64,000 bases of DNA from an uncultured virus (IMG/VR IMGVR_UViG_3300035689_000001) (IMGVR_UViG_3300035689_000001), one strand, 5' to 3'. Shown: positions 47,209-57,618, counted from the stretch's first letter. A program made the numbers and translations. The notes: a model not told the origin generated them from the letters alone.

Positions 47209-47847
47209 ATGATCCAAGATATGTTCAACCCCACGTTTGCACTCGAAGCAACGCTTATCCTGACGATCGCTGGATTTATCGGATTCTTGCTCCAGAACTA
47301 CATCGCAGATGAGTCTGAGCGTCAGCGCCGCGCCCTTCACCGCCAGCGCATCCAGCGGTTCCTCGACACCGCCGATAAGATCGAACTCGCAGCCCAGCAG
47401 CTCGCCACCGACATCCCTGCTGAAGCTATGCAGGAAATCCTGCGGCAGGCCACCATTGAAGATTTGTACCGAATCCAGACGGCTATCGCCAAAGCTAACA
47501 CCGCAACCCAACGGCTAAACCAGACCCATGCAGGCCAGATCGGCGCGATCGCCAAGCAGATTGGGATTGGTGCTGATCAACCCAGCCAACCGAATAACAA
47601 CGGTAATGGTCAAGGTCCTACCAACGGTAGTGCCAACAACAATGGTCAGAACGGAGCAAACCCCGAAAAGGCTGGCCGCAAAATGATTGGTCAAATGCTG
47701 AGCCGCATCTCCGCGAATGGCAAAAACCTGGATTTTGAAGAGACATTGAAAATTCTGCGGGATCAACACGGCATTGAAAACCCTGGGAAGTTTGCTGCTC
47801 TCCCGGAGCAGAAGCGCCAAGAAATTGAAGCCCTTTTAGCAAAGTAA
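47209..47847 (+). CDS. Membrane-anchored hypothetical protein with an Asn/Gly-rich linker
   Basis: 212-aa ORF with N-terminal TM. Confidence 0.75.
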   Translation: MIQDMFNPTFALEATLILTIAGFIGFLLQNYIADESERQRRALHRQRIQRFLDTADKIELAAQQLATDIPAEAMQEILRQATIEDLYRIQTAIAKANTATQRLNQTHAGQIGAIAKQIGIGADQPSQPNNNGNGQGPTNGSANNNGQNGANPEKAGRKMIGQMLSRISANGKNLDFEETLKILRDQHGIENPGKFAALPEQKRQEIEALLAK

Positions 47848-47851
47848 CGCA

Positions 47852-48550
47852 ATGGACTACCTATTTTACGCATCAGGAGCCATCACGATCGGTTGGTTCC
47901 TGTACACCTCCACCGATCGCGCTGTCCGCAACTTCCGCCGATTCTGGCGTAACCAGATTGCTTCTCGCGCCCTACTGGAAAACACCGTCAAACGGTTCTT
48001 CCCGAACGCCGCAGAACGCCAGCAAGAACAGCACGATCGAGATCAGCAACACATTGATCAACTCCTCATGAGTGCCCGTGGTGCTCGTTCCCAAATCCTG
48101 GATCTGACTCAATGGTTTGCTGACTACACCCGCACTACCCAGGCTCTCGATAACCTGCCTGGACGCACCAGCCGGGAACTGGTAGACGAGATCGCCACCA
48201 TTGAGCGCGACATTAGTGAAGCTCTCACTCGCTTCCAGTACAACCTGAAGTCAGCGATCGCCGCCTATACCCGTGGTGCAAACCTGTTGGAGCGGTTTGA
48301 GGCACAGCAAGATGTAAAGCAAACTGCTGCCCGCAACACAACCGTTGAACCCAGCGGCACCAAACAGGTGGTAGTCGAATCAACAGGACTTGAAACCCTT
48401 TCGGATTCTGCAACCTACATGGTTTATTACCCGGGATCCAACGCCACAAGCCAGATGACGGGACAGCAGATCAAACAACAAGTGGCTCGTGGCACCCGCA
48501 TTAACATTGACCTCTTCATTTGTGGCCCTGCCCAGAGTTTTCAGAGATGA
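47852..48550 (+). CDS. Membrane-anchored coiled-coil protein
   Basis: 232-aa ORF. Confidence 0.75.
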   Translation: MDYLFYASGAITIGWFLYTSTDRAVRNFRRFWRNQIASRALLENTVKRFFPNAAERQQEQHDRDQQHIDQLLMSARGARSQILDLTQWFADYTRTTQALDNLPGRTSRELVDEIATIERDISEALTRFQYNLKSAIAAYTRGANLLERFEAQQDVKQTAARNTTVEPSGTKQVVVESTGLETLSDSATYMVYYPGSNATSQMTGQQIKQQVARGTRINIDLFICGPAQSFQR

Positions 48551-49092
48551 CCTTAACTAAAGAGATCCGACGGATCACAAAAATTTCGCTTGCAACAGCA
48601 TTCGGCATCTTCAACCTGGCGGGCATCGGGGCAGCTATCTGGCTCACCCAGACAACTCCGTTCCGGTCTGCCCTCCACGGCCTGACCATTGCGCTCACGA
48701 CCCCTCACCGCTTTTTCTTTACCAATTTCGCAATCACGGATCTGATTCCTTTTGGTCACCAGATCCTGAGCTTGCTTGATGGCTCCGACGCGATCGCCGC
48801 CATCTTGTTCAGCACCCTGATGACTGCGATCTCTACCCTAGGGCTAACGCTATTGCTTGCAGCAGATCTGCCCGGTAGATTCGGCAGCAAGATCAATCAG
48901 TTCCAATTGCGGCGCATTATTGCCAGGATTCAACAACTGGAGGAAATGCTCATCCAGTTGGATTTGTACGGATTGACACTTGAGCAATCCAGTGAACTGC
49001 TAACCCGGCTGAATGCGCTCTACAGCGAATCCTACGCACGTTCACAGTACAAACACATCCCATGCAACCTGACCCCGTTACCTACAGCCTAA
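48547..49092 (+). CDS. Membrane protein
   Basis: Several hydrophobic segments, ATGA-coupled. Confidence 0.7.
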   Translation: MTLTKEIRRITKISLATAFGIFNLAGIGAAIWLTQTTPFRSALHGLTIALTTPHRFFFTNFAITDLIPFGHQILSLLDGSDAIAAILFSTLMTAISTLGLTLLLAADLPGRFGSKINQFQLRRIIARIQQLEEMLIQLDLYGLTLEQSSELLTRLNALYSESYARSQYKHIPCNLTPLPTA

Positions 49093-49607
49093 TCATCATG
49101 GGGATAACGTTCTGCACCTGCTTGGCCATCGGGGTGACCCAACAGGCAGCAGAACCAACAGGAGATGCCGTGACAATCCAGCAACTGTTGCCCAGCGTAG
49201 CGGAACCCCCGCTACTACCTGGCGGATCTTCACCGTTGCTGTTGCCTGCTGCTTCTCCTGAACTTTTTACCATCCCCCAAGAATTCGTATTTCATACCCC
49301 TGAGGTCGAGGCGATCGCTCCCGATGTCTCTACTCCGGCGATTGTTCAGGGTCTGGAAGTATCTGTCTCTACAGAGCCGATCGCTTTCCTGCCTGAAGCT
49401 TCACAGCCCGATGCAGTTCCCTCGACCCCTCCGACTCCCCCTTCCCCTCCGGCACCTGCCCCTCTCTTGACGCCTACAAGGCTCTCGTCAGTCGAACGTG
49501 AGACTATTCCCTATCCTTGGGATTTCGCGAGTGACATCTACTGGCAGCAAAACCCAACCATGACGTACCCCTCTCCCATCGGGATGCTACCTGGAGGTGC
49601 CTCATGA
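49062..49607 (+). CDS. Membrane-anchored Pro-rich protein
   Basis: N-terminal TM, then Pro/Ser/Thr low complexity. Confidence 0.65.
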   Translation: MQPDPVTYSLIIMGITFCTCLAIGVTQQAAEPTGDAVTIQQLLPSVAEPPLLPGGSSPLLLPAASPELFTIPQEFVFHTPEVEAIAPDVSTPAIVQGLEVSVSTEPIAFLPEASQPDAVPSTPPTPPSPPAPAPLLTPTRLSSVERETIPYPWDFASDIYWQQNPTMTYPSPIGMLPGGAS

Positions 49608-50155
49608 GGATGAAGCTCATCCTATTGATTGAAGACATCAAGTACATCCTGGAGGTCATGGGATCGCTCCACAGTCAGGGCGATAGCCCTGAACTGGAAT
49701 ACCAGGATAAAAACCTTTTCCTTCGGTATCACCCAGTGATTGGTCGCGTTTGGGCAGCAGTTCCAGTGTGGGACGAAGAAACTCAGGAAGTCATCTGGGA
49801 ATCGGTTCTGGATGTCCCGGAAGCCGATACCCCTCCAGCCAAGTTCCTCCTCGATGTAACCCCCGAAACCCTTGATATTACATGGGTAGAATACCTTGAT
49901 GGACTGCGATCCTATGCAGAAGAGCTTGCCGCAAGGTATGAACTGACAGCCGAAGGACTCCAAGCCGGTCGATCGCTCCGACAGTTCATTGGATGCCCAA
50001 AGCTTGATCTATGGGGGTTAATCAACCAACTCGGTGTCCTGAAAACCGCTTCAATCCCAGGGATACAGGAAGTACTCTTGTTGATTGACCGGATGCTCCT
50101 CCTCACGCCTGACCAATGGAAAGTGTTGCTTGGAGGTGTGGCATGGAACGAGTAA
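49604..50155 (+). CDS. Hypothetical protein
   Basis: GGAGGT RBS, ATGA-coupled. Confidence 0.7.
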   Translation: MRMKLILLIEDIKYILEVMGSLHSQGDSPELEYQDKNLFLRYHPVIGRVWAAVPVWDEETQEVIWESVLDVPEADTPPAKFLLDVTPETLDITWVEYLDGLRSYAEELAARYELTAEGLQAGRSLRQFIGCPKLDLWGLINQLGVLKTASIPGIQEVLLLIDRMLLLTPDQWKVLLGGVAWNE

Positions 50156-50556
50156 GCGAAATCATTCCGTACCTTGAGTCAATCGCTCAGGTTGGTCAGT
50201 ATTGCGAATGGCGTCCCATTGACGCCATTGACCAGGCAGAACTGGCAAACATGACGCCCCAGCAAATCAAGGAACTCAATCGAATCCGTGTTGGACTTAT
50301 CCGCCGGAAACAATGGATTACTGTTGAGGATGAAGGTGGCTGGTGCTACTTGGTTCAACCTGTTGGACCAACGGGAGAACTTCAGGATGAACCCTGGTGG
50401 CTTGATGAAGAAATCATCGCGCTCCAGAACATCCCGAATCGACGGATCCCCTCTCCAAATGAAGTTGAGGTTCTAGCCCCACAGCAATACCAAAGGCCAG
50501 TAGATCTGGCGTGTCCACTACCGCTTTGGTGGAGGGCGAAAAATGTTCGTCCCTGA
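50143..50556 (+). CDS. Hypothetical protein
   Basis: GGAGGT RBS before ATG 50143. Confidence 0.65.
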   Translation: MERVSEIIPYLESIAQVGQYCEWRPIDAIDQAELANMTPQQIKELNRIRVGLIRRKQWITVEDEGGWCYLVQPVGPTGELQDEPWWLDEEIIALQNIPNRRIPSPNEVEVLAPQQYQRPVDLACPLPLWWRAKNVRP

Positions 50557-50950
50557 ACCTAAATTCGAAGTTGGCGATTACCTGGTGCTGAACCGCACCG
50601 ATCCAGCGATCGCGATGACTTTGGAATACGACTGGCAACTTCCCGCAGAGGAAAGATTAACCTCCTGGGGCGGTGGCCATGTTTTGAAGGTGGAGGCCAC
50701 CGAAGATGAATTTCTTTACGAACTCTCTCACGGCTCCAAGTCCATTTGGGTCGCTGAGGACTTCCTCGTGAAGCCCAGCCATTACGAGCAATTCCATGAT
50801 CACGTCATGGCTGCGATTGATCAGATCTCTTCCCAGCTCCCCGCTGTCACGACCGTGGAGATTGAAGGACAGCAGTTTGACGTAAAGTTTTTCCCCGGCC
50901 ATGACGATCTTTTGGCACATGACCGACCATCAATCAGAAAACTCCTATGA
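50543..50950 (+). CDS. Hypothetical protein with an SH3/KOW-like N-terminus
   Basis: PKFEVGDYLV...GHVLKVE....FLYEL......WVAEDFL. Confidence 0.65.
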   Translation: MFVPEPKFEVGDYLVLNRTDPAIAMTLEYDWQLPAEERLTSWGGGHVLKVEATEDEFLYELSHGSKSIWVAEDFLVKPSHYEQFHDHVMAAIDQISSQLPAVTTVEIEGQQFDVKFFPGHDDLLAHDRPSIRKLL

Positions 50951-52524
50951 ATCAGATGATCCCCTTTATCCGGGACATTCTGGCGATCAGTCGCAGCGCT
51001 CGTGCAGCGCTCGCGAAGCCAGACATCCCGGAGAAGGCGACAATGCCGATCTCGATCGAGACTCGCGAACCTGATCCAACCGTCAGTGCCAAGATTCAGC
51101 AGGTTGACCCGCTGGCACTGTCGGTCACGGTCGATCACCCCGAACTATTTCAGCGGGGTGATCGCGTCATGGTTATGCAGTGGCGATCGCACGAAATTTT
51201 GTCGCCCTCCTGTACTGTTCTCGAAATCCGAAACAACGTCATTTATCTGGATGCCGACATTCAGCCTCACCAGCTAATGATGCTGAGCATTGATGACTTG
51301 TTGGTGAAGGAGAAACAGCCTTCAATTGTCCTCACTTACCCGGATCTAAACATCCCGCACCACAGCAAACAAGAAGTTGAACAGATCCGGGAAGCATTCC
51401 GCGATGACCTCATTGATGATCCAGACCCCAGGCTCGTCAGGACGCCGGGTGAACGACCTCGCGGCATCAAAACCTTCCACATTCCATTACCCAGCAGCAC
51501 TATCCCCCAGGGAATCACAACCCTGCCGATCGAATTCGACAACGGGCTGATTGCTCGCGCCAGTCGCTCTGGATGGCTTTTGGCCACTGTAATTGAGGAA
51601 GATTTGGCGTTCCTGGGTCGGTGGCGGCACTGGCACGAACAGGCTGAACAACCTGAAAAACAAATTCCGTTCATCCAGTTCGATGATCCTGACTCCAACA
51701 CGATGGAACGGATCAACCGATGCCTTGAGATCATTAATCCATCGGCACCCCTGGCGATCTCGACCATTGAGCAATTCTTCGATTGGCTGCTCTGGAGTCT
51801 GGGCCACCCTGGTTTTGAGTTCCCCCAGAACTTCTACGGAACCCGTATCCATGACTACCTGTGCCAGGTGTTCCATCCTGGACGGCTTTCACTCTACCCA
51901 GCCGATTACTTCGGAACCCTAACGGCGTGCTACCCTGCACTGCAACCGCTCCCGATCAACGAAGCAAACAATCTGGTGCGATCGATTTTTCCGGGACGCC
52001 GGAACGATTACCGTTCAGAATTCCTGCTTGACCCCCAAGGCGATACCAGCGTCCTGATGACCGCGAGTAACCTGACGTACCAGTACACTGCCCTGACGGG
52101 TTCCTCCCTGGCTGCTAAGGCCATGATCCTGACGGCCTACTGGTATGCCCCGTGGCTCATCTTCCCGTTTGACTGGCAAGAAAATCCCGACGCTTCAGAA
52201 GCGGTTGGGCGATCTCTGCCGTTGTTGCAGCGCCGCCACCTGCCTCCTGATTACCTGGGTTTAGTAGAGGTACATCCCGACTTTCATCGTTATCTCCCGG
52301 TGATCCTGGTGCAATCCCAAACCCCGGCGATCAAGCTGTTCGACAACCTGGCTCCAGTGTCGCCAACGATTCCGTTGCCATCTTCGTCGATTGGCCTGCC
52401 GCTACCTCTCCAGGGCCTCCCAACAGTTAAGCCAGCCCTCCCTCAGCCACTTCCCCTCCCTCAACTACTTCCCCAGTCAATCCCCTCGCCAGAGCGCCTG
52501 CAACTTCCTGGCGCTGACGACTAA
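50947..52524 (+). CDS. Degenerate N6-methyltransferase-like paralogue 1 (no catalytic motif), Pro-rich tail
   Basis: GWLL...D....GRW..W, FFDWLLWSLGH, YPADYFG, ASN, YAPWLIFPF shared with 52548, 53793 and 60957. Confidence 0.75.
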   Translation: MNQMIPFIRDILAISRSARAALAKPDIPEKATMPISIETREPDPTVSAKIQQVDPLALSVTVDHPELFQRGDRVMVMQWRSHEILSPSCTVLEIRNNVIYLDADIQPHQLMMLSIDDLLVKEKQPSIVLTYPDLNIPHHSKQEVEQIREAFRDDLIDDPDPRLVRTPGERPRGIKTFHIPLPSSTIPQGITTLPIEFDNGLIARASRSGWLLATVIEEDLAFLGRWRHWHEQAEQPEKQIPFIQFDDPDSNTMERINRCLEIINPSAPLAISTIEQFFDWLLWSLGHPGFEFPQNFYGTRIHDYLCQVFHPGRLSLYPADYFGTLTACYPALQPLPINEANNLVRSIFPGRRNDYRSEFLLDPQGDTSVLMTASNLTYQYTALTGSSLAAKAMILTAYWYAPWLIFPFDWQENPDASEAVGRSLPLLQRRHLPPDYLGLVEVHPDFHRYLPVILVQSQTPAIKLFDNLAPVSPTIPLPSSSIGLPLPLQGLPTVKPALPQPLPLPQLLPQSIPSPERLQLPGADD

Positions 52525-52547
52525 TTGGTTCTGGAGGTCTAAAAATT

Positions 52548-53459
52548 ATGGAACCCAGGAAAGTGCCTGGTCTATTTGAGACCTGTCGTCAGTATGGATT
52601 AGTGGTTCGGAAGCCCAAGATTGACTCGGATTTGCAGCGCGATCTGGAGCACGGTTGGTTAATCCCGTATTTGATCAAGCTTGATGACCTCCTTTGGGGA
52701 CGATGGGAATATTGGTGCGAAGCGATGTTGCTCGGTCGATTGCCTGATCGCCCCATCCCCCAGATTGAGTTTTCTACCCCAAATGCGTCGCTCGGGGAAG
52801 CTCCAGGGCATAAGCACCTTCAGTACTGTCTTGATCTCGTGATGAACCAGCGAGACTCCTGGCAGTCCTGGGGAAACTGGATCGCGTTTGATTACCTCAT
52901 GGACTGGCTGTTGTATGGGTTTGGTCATCGTGACCAGCCAGAATTGCCTCGTGAGCCGTCCTCTGGGGCGAGTATGCGGCTGTACCAGGGGTTTGACCTC
53001 GGGATGCTCATGGCTTACCCGTATGACTATTGGGGTGACCTGTTGGCGATAAATCGGCATGGGCAGTCGCGAGGTTTTTACCCGACCCCCCATGAAGTTG
53101 TGAAGCTGATGGTTGAGATGGCGATGATCGAAAAACCTGATCAAGAGGTCAACGATTGTGCCCTGGGGACTGGCCGGATGCTACTCCACGCCAGCAACTA
53201 CAGTGTTCGGCTTAGCGGCAATGACGTTGACCTGACTGTCTTGAAAGCTGCCTTGATCAACGGCTATTGCTATGCTCCGTGGCTTGTGCGTCCGTTTCCC
53301 TTCTTCCATGAGCAAAACAACACTGATCAACAACAGCCGCAATTCACAAAAGAACAGGAATCCGTGTTGTTGAATGCCCCGACAGCCCAACCGCTCTGGC
53401 TTCAAGCAAAGTCTGGAGTCATAAATGCCGTTAGCGAAATTGTTAAAGCCTCCAGCTAA
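52548..53459 (+). CDS. N6-methyltransferase-like paralogue 2: SAM-binding half only
   Basis: GFYPTPHEVVKLMVEM (motif X), VNDCALGTGRMLL (motif I), LSGNDVD (motif II); no NPP(Y/F). Confidence 0.8.
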   Translation: MEPRKVPGLFETCRQYGLVVRKPKIDSDLQRDLEHGWLIPYLIKLDDLLWGRWEYWCEAMLLGRLPDRPIPQIEFSTPNASLGEAPGHKHLQYCLDLVMNQRDSWQSWGNWIAFDYLMDWLLYGFGHRDQPELPREPSSGASMRLYQGFDLGMLMAYPYDYWGDLLAINRHGQSRGFYPTPHEVVKLMVEMAMIEKPDQEVNDCALGTGRMLLHASNYSVRLSGNDVDLTVLKAALINGYCYAPWLVRPFPFFHEQNNTDQQQPQFTKEQESVLLNAPTAQPLWLQAKSGVINAVSEIVKASS

Positions 53460-53557
53460 CCTTCGGGGAACGTGATATTCATTCAAACGCTGACCCATAC
53501 AGCTTTCAACGGCTGTATGGGCCGCTTTAATAGCGACCCAATCAAAATCTTTAAATC

Positions 53558-53800
53558 ATGAGCAAGCAACTTGAACAACTCGAACAATATCAAATCGCCC
53601 AGATCGTGGGGTTAGTCCGCAAGCTGAGCAGCAAGCGAGGGATGCGCCATACAAATCGCGGTACCGTCGAGGTACCACTTCATCTCCTGAATCAGCTATC
53701 AACGCTGGCGAATCTTTACGACGGCAAAACTGAAGATGTACCCCAGTGTTCTGCACAAGGGTGTCCCCTCCTCCAGGAGCAAGGGGGGCGTGATGGCTAA
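53558..53800 (+). CDS. Hypothetical protein
   Basis: 80-aa ORF whose end overlaps the next start. Confidence 0.5.
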   Translation: MSKQLEQLEQYQIAQIVGLVRKLSSKRGMRHTNRGTVEVPLHLLNQLSTLANLYDGKTEDVPQCSAQGCPLLQEQGGRDG

Positions 53801-55283
53801 CATTGCGCTCCCCTTGTTCCGTGAGGTTCTGGAGCGACGCCAGCAGGCGATTGCGCATCCAAGCTGGATCCTTGGGGTGAAGATTGACAAAATCAACTGG
53901 CATATGCCAGCTCTGATTGGTAACCGACCAGTCATGCAGGAAGTGTTCATGCCGTATGGGGTTGCGCGTGACCCCGAAAACCTGGAACGGCTGCAACAGG
54001 TGACGAGTCGAGAACCGCTGTTGCAACCTGATCCAAACTGGGAGCGATCGCCCACTCGGCAGCGTGGCGTCCGGTTCCATCGGGCACAAACGTTCGAAAA
54101 CCTGATGGGGATTTACGAGGCGGCTGATGATTATTCCACCGAGGTGCTCGATATCCCGGTGGATGCGCTTCCAGAGGCTGGCCTTCAGGCCAACTCCATT
54201 GAGGCAATGCATCATGGCTGGCTTGTGTCCCACCTGATGGCCACCGATTACAACCTCTGGGGCCGCTGGTTCCACTGGCAAAGCCTCTACCTGGATGGTG
54301 CCCTCGAAAAAAACGAGAGAATTCCTCAGATGCCTTTCAACTGTGATGTCGTGCCCCGCGTCCAGGAAATCATGGATCACTGGCTGGATCAGATCGATCG
54401 CCGCTGGCGCACCAATGATCAAATCCGTGAACAGGTGGTTCACTACTTGATGCGGTACCTGCTGTGGGCATTTGGGCACTGCTCAGAACCCGTGAAACCG
54501 TTCGATCACTTTGATGGCCGGGTACACGATCGCCTCAGCCAGGTTGTACCCCCACTGCTTCGACAACTATTCCTATACCCGGCTGCGCATTTCAGTAGCT
54601 ATTTAGGGCGCGAGATGTTAGGCCACCGGACTTTGCTCCAGAACCGTGCCAATAGTCTGGCGAAGTCGATGTTTCCTGGTCGCCGGAACGACTACCGTGA
54701 GGCTCCGTTGATTCTGCCGGAAATTGATGGATCTGCTGTGCTGGCGGCATCGAACCACACCTACGAGATCCACGGTCTCTCCACGGACCCTTGGCGAGCC
54801 AGAGCCGCGCTGTTGGATGCATACCTGTTCGCCCCGTGGTTCGTGTTTCCGTTCAAATGGATGACCGATTTCGCCTGGAACGATGGAGGATACGAAACCG
54901 CCAACCTTCTGCAGGCAGTTGGCCGAACCCATCTCGTTATGCAGAGCCAGAAGCTGTCTGAAGATTGGTTCAGCAAAACGGAACCCAGTCAGGACGCTCC
55001 AGACCTCCGGCCAATTGAGCTGCGGGAGCGAAAGCAAAACGATCTGTTGGACGGTGATGCATCGACTGACCCAGGTGTGGAAGCGCTGGCCGCAATGTTC
55101 GCGGGTGCCCCAATCCTGAAGTATCCCGTGGCGCTCCCCACCCCACCCAGTACAGCGCTACAGCTTCCGAGCTCTACGGATCTACAGGAATTGCTTGGCT
55201 TGGCTCCGACCAAGAAGAAACCGCCACTTCTGCCTGGACTTGGAGGCGACGACCCACCCCAAAACCTATTGCCTGGAGGTTGA
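53793..55283 (+). CDS. Degenerate N6-methyltransferase-like paralogue 3 (no catalytic motif), Pro-rich tail
   Basis: HGWLV...DYNLWGRWFHW, YLLWAFGH, SMFPGRRNDYR (SIFPGRRNDYR in 50947), FAPWFVFPF. Confidence 0.75.
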   Translation: MANIALPLFREVLERRQQAIAHPSWILGVKIDKINWHMPALIGNRPVMQEVFMPYGVARDPENLERLQQVTSREPLLQPDPNWERSPTRQRGVRFHRAQTFENLMGIYEAADDYSTEVLDIPVDALPEAGLQANSIEAMHHGWLVSHLMATDYNLWGRWFHWQSLYLDGALEKNERIPQMPFNCDVVPRVQEIMDHWLDQIDRRWRTNDQIREQVVHYLMRYLLWAFGHCSEPVKPFDHFDGRVHDRLSQVVPPLLRQLFLYPAAHFSSYLGREMLGHRTLLQNRANSLAKSMFPGRRNDYREAPLILPEIDGSAVLAASNHTYEIHGLSTDPWRARAALLDAYLFAPWFVFPFKWMTDFAWNDGGYETANLLQAVGRTHLVMQSQKLSEDWFSKTEPSQDAPDLRPIELRERKQNDLLDGDASTDPGVEALAAMFAGAPILKYPVALPTPPSTALQLPSSTDLQELLGLAPTKKKPPLLPGLGGDDPPQNLLPGG

Positions 55284-56197
55284 TGAAGATGGCTAATTCT
55301 TTTTTTCAGCAGTACGAATCAATCCTCAAAATACACTGCGACTGGATCAGTAGCGCTGGCAAATCCGGTCAACAGGCCGACTTATCAGAAAAAAATCTCT
55401 CCGGCATGGCGCTAGATGCGGTTTATTTGCCCAGAGCCAATATGAGTTCTGTCTTGATGAATGGGGCAAGTCTCCGGGGAGCAAATCTGCACGAATCTTG
55501 TCTGCGGAGCGCATCAATGAACGGAGCAGACCTTCAAGGAGCTAGTCTCGCGGGTGCCTCCTTGATTGGCGCATCAATGAAAGGAGTAGACCTTCAGGGT
55601 GCGACCCTCAAGGATGCATCCCTCTGTATGGCAAGCCTCCGAGGGGCAAAACTTCAGGGTGTGAATTTGGTCGGGGCAAGTCTCCGGGGAGTAGATCTTC
55701 AGGGCGCTAGCCTCGCGGGTGCTTTATTGATTGGAGCCGACTTGACGAACGCCAACCTGAAGGGAGCCAACCTCTTCGGTGCCGACTTGACGAGCGCAAC
55801 CCTCGACTGTGCTGACCTGACAAACGCAATCCTCTACGGAGCCACCCTACACAACACATCTCTCGAAGAGTACGAAGAAGAGCCGGATCGGAGCCTGACA
55901 ATCGTGGCAGAATTTTCTACCGATATTGATGGAACCCAGATTGTAGCGCCCGATGATACGTGGTATGCCGTCGTGGATCAAAAGGTTGTGTTTGCTGAGC
56001 GTAATACGACGGGCTGCTTTCTCAATTACGCGCAACTTTTTCAAAGCCTTGGTATCACGGTCTATTGCATGAATGTTCCTCATTCCTCGTTCCGCGACCC
56101 TGACGGGGAGTTGAGCGATGAGCAAATGCTCGAAAAAGCCCTGAAGCAACCTGGCTTCCTGTCCAACCGCAAAAAGCTCGAAACAGTAACCCCTTGA
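55283..56197 (+). CDS. Pentapeptide repeat protein
   Basis: Long run of A(D/S/N)LxG repeats. Confidence 0.93.
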   Translation: MKMANSFFQQYESILKIHCDWISSAGKSGQQADLSEKNLSGMALDAVYLPRANMSSVLMNGASLRGANLHESCLRSASMNGADLQGASLAGASLIGASMKGVDLQGATLKDASLCMASLRGAKLQGVNLVGASLRGVDLQGASLAGALLIGADLTNANLKGANLFGADLTSATLDCADLTNAILYGATLHNTSLEEYEEEPDRSLTIVAEFSTDIDGTQIVAPDDTWYAVVDQKVVFAERNTTGCFLNYAQLFQSLGITVYCMNVPHSSFRDPDGELSDEQMLEKALKQPGFLSNRKKLETVTP

Positions 56198-56348
56198 GCA
56201 ACTGCACAAACTAAATAGCGATCGCCTTCACCAGTCCCTTTGTCCAGAGCATCAGCGACGTTGTTAGGGGCACCAGGTGATCAGGCGATCGCCATTTTTT
56301 AGTTTATACAGCGCGAAGCGCTATGACTTAATCACCTTATCTAAGCCA

Positions 56349-56558
56349 ATGTTTGACAACCCTGAGCGAATTAAACCTGGGCTGACGGTTCAGGATCTTG
56401 CAGAAGTCGCGGTGCAATCTGAACGCCAGTACAAAGAGATGTTTATCGCGGCGAAAAGAGAACGGGACGAACTGCGGGATCGGGTCGAGAAATTGGAGAA
56501 CAGTCTTGAACGACTGGAGCGACTCGTCAAAAATCTTTCCCAAAATGTGGGTTATTGA
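56349..56558 (+). CDS. Small coiled-coil protein
   Basis: ERDELRDRVEKLENSLERLERLV heptads. Confidence 0.6.
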   Translation: MFDNPERIKPGLTVQDLAEVAVQSERQYKEMFIAAKRERDELRDRVEKLENSLERLERLVKNLSQNVGY

Positions 56559-57017
56559 AAAGCGATCGCCAGTGCCCAAAGCTGCCAGACACCCGTTCCG
56601 CCCCCGATGATCAGAGCGTGTAGCACATTTCAGTTAACTCGGGTTGGCCCCTAACCAGGTATTCGTGGGTCAATTATCGGAGAGCTTTGTGCGTCCCATT
56701 CCTGGGTAAAGGCTGGCACCACGCATTCTCAGCAGGATTCGGCGATCGCCATCTCGATGATACCCCCGGCAGGGGAAGCGATCGCTCGTTGCACTGGTGC
56801 CGTCTGCTACGTGGTGAGACTCGAACTCACGTCCTCTGCCATCCACAGTATCTAGTCCCTTTCGGGGAGAATCCCTGAGCTGCACACAACAGATCTCCAG
56901 TGCCCAGTCCTCTATCTGATTTGGCTTCCGCGATGTCGGGTACCCCTGTATCGCTACAGGTCCTCAGAAGGGTGATTTGCCCCCTCAGGCTCGGCTTACC
57001 ACTGGTGAGCGATCGCC
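56557..57017 (-). ncRNA. Candidate ~460-nt structured non-coding RNA with a tRNA-like T-arm
   Basis: No convincing ORF; TAGAAT -10 at 57029-57024; GTGAG-TTCGAGT-CTCAC arm (56830-56814); GCGA and GAAA tetraloop hairpins; 5'/3' ends complementary, then TTTT. Confidence 0.4.
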
Positions 57018-57099
57018 ACCCTGATTCTACCGCCCACAGCCCTCAGCAGATAAAATCAAGGTGTCGAGTTTCGTTAAGAGTGTGGGTAATCAGGTACGG

Positions 57100-57618
57100 A
57101 TGATCTGCTGCGAGCCTGGGTGCGATTGCCATGTGTACGCCCGCAATCGCTGCCGCTGTCATTATGATAAGTGGTATCGCGTGCAGCTCACCAGTACCGA
57201 CAATCCAACGGCTCTGCCCCCCAGTGCCCGCAACCAGCGGTACCGAGAGCGTCACCCGGATCGGGTGCGAAACAGCACTACTCAGTACTGCCAGTCGCAG
57301 AAGGGACGGGCGGCTCGCACCAGAGCCAATCAACGGAGTAACCGCTGGCAGGCAACAATCCGGTTCCTCAATCGAGCCACCGCCCAAGAAATCAAGTCCA
57401 AGTTCCCGTGTCTCCAGCCCAGCGAAGTTCAGGCAATCCTACAGCAGCGCCCCGTGACCGCCAAGGCAATCCGCGAGCTTCTCTCCGCTCAAACCCTGTC
57501 CCGTGTCCGTCAATTCGCCCTGACGGATTGGGTAGAGAATGGCCCGACTAACGATCGCCGATCGCTCCAGCCCATGCCCCACGGCAGTCTTGACCATATG
57601 ACCCCTACTTTGGGGTAG
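57100..57618 (+). CDS. Hypothetical basic protein with an N-terminal Cys/His zinc-finger motif
   Basis: CCEPGC...VYARNRCRCHYDKWYR; stop codon lies in the att core. Confidence 0.6.
   Translation: MICCEPGCDCHVYARNRCRCHYDKWYRVQLTSTDNPTALPPSARNQRYRERHPDRVRNSTTQYCQSQKGRAARTRANQRSNRWQATIRFLNRATAQEIKSKFPCLQPSEVQAILQQRPVTAKAIRELLSAQTLSRVRQFALTDWVENGPTNDRRSLQPMPHGSLDHMTPTLG

Noticed and set aside
53556..54479. 307-aa minus-strand ORF and many other antisense or nested ORFs in the track
   Set aside because: They are shadows of well-supported genes on the other strand or frame and have no recognisable motifs
56800..56860. Functional tRNA or tmRNA gene
   Set aside because: Only a T-arm is clear; no convincing acceptor stem, D-arm or tag reading frame. 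Kept as part of the ncRNA candidate
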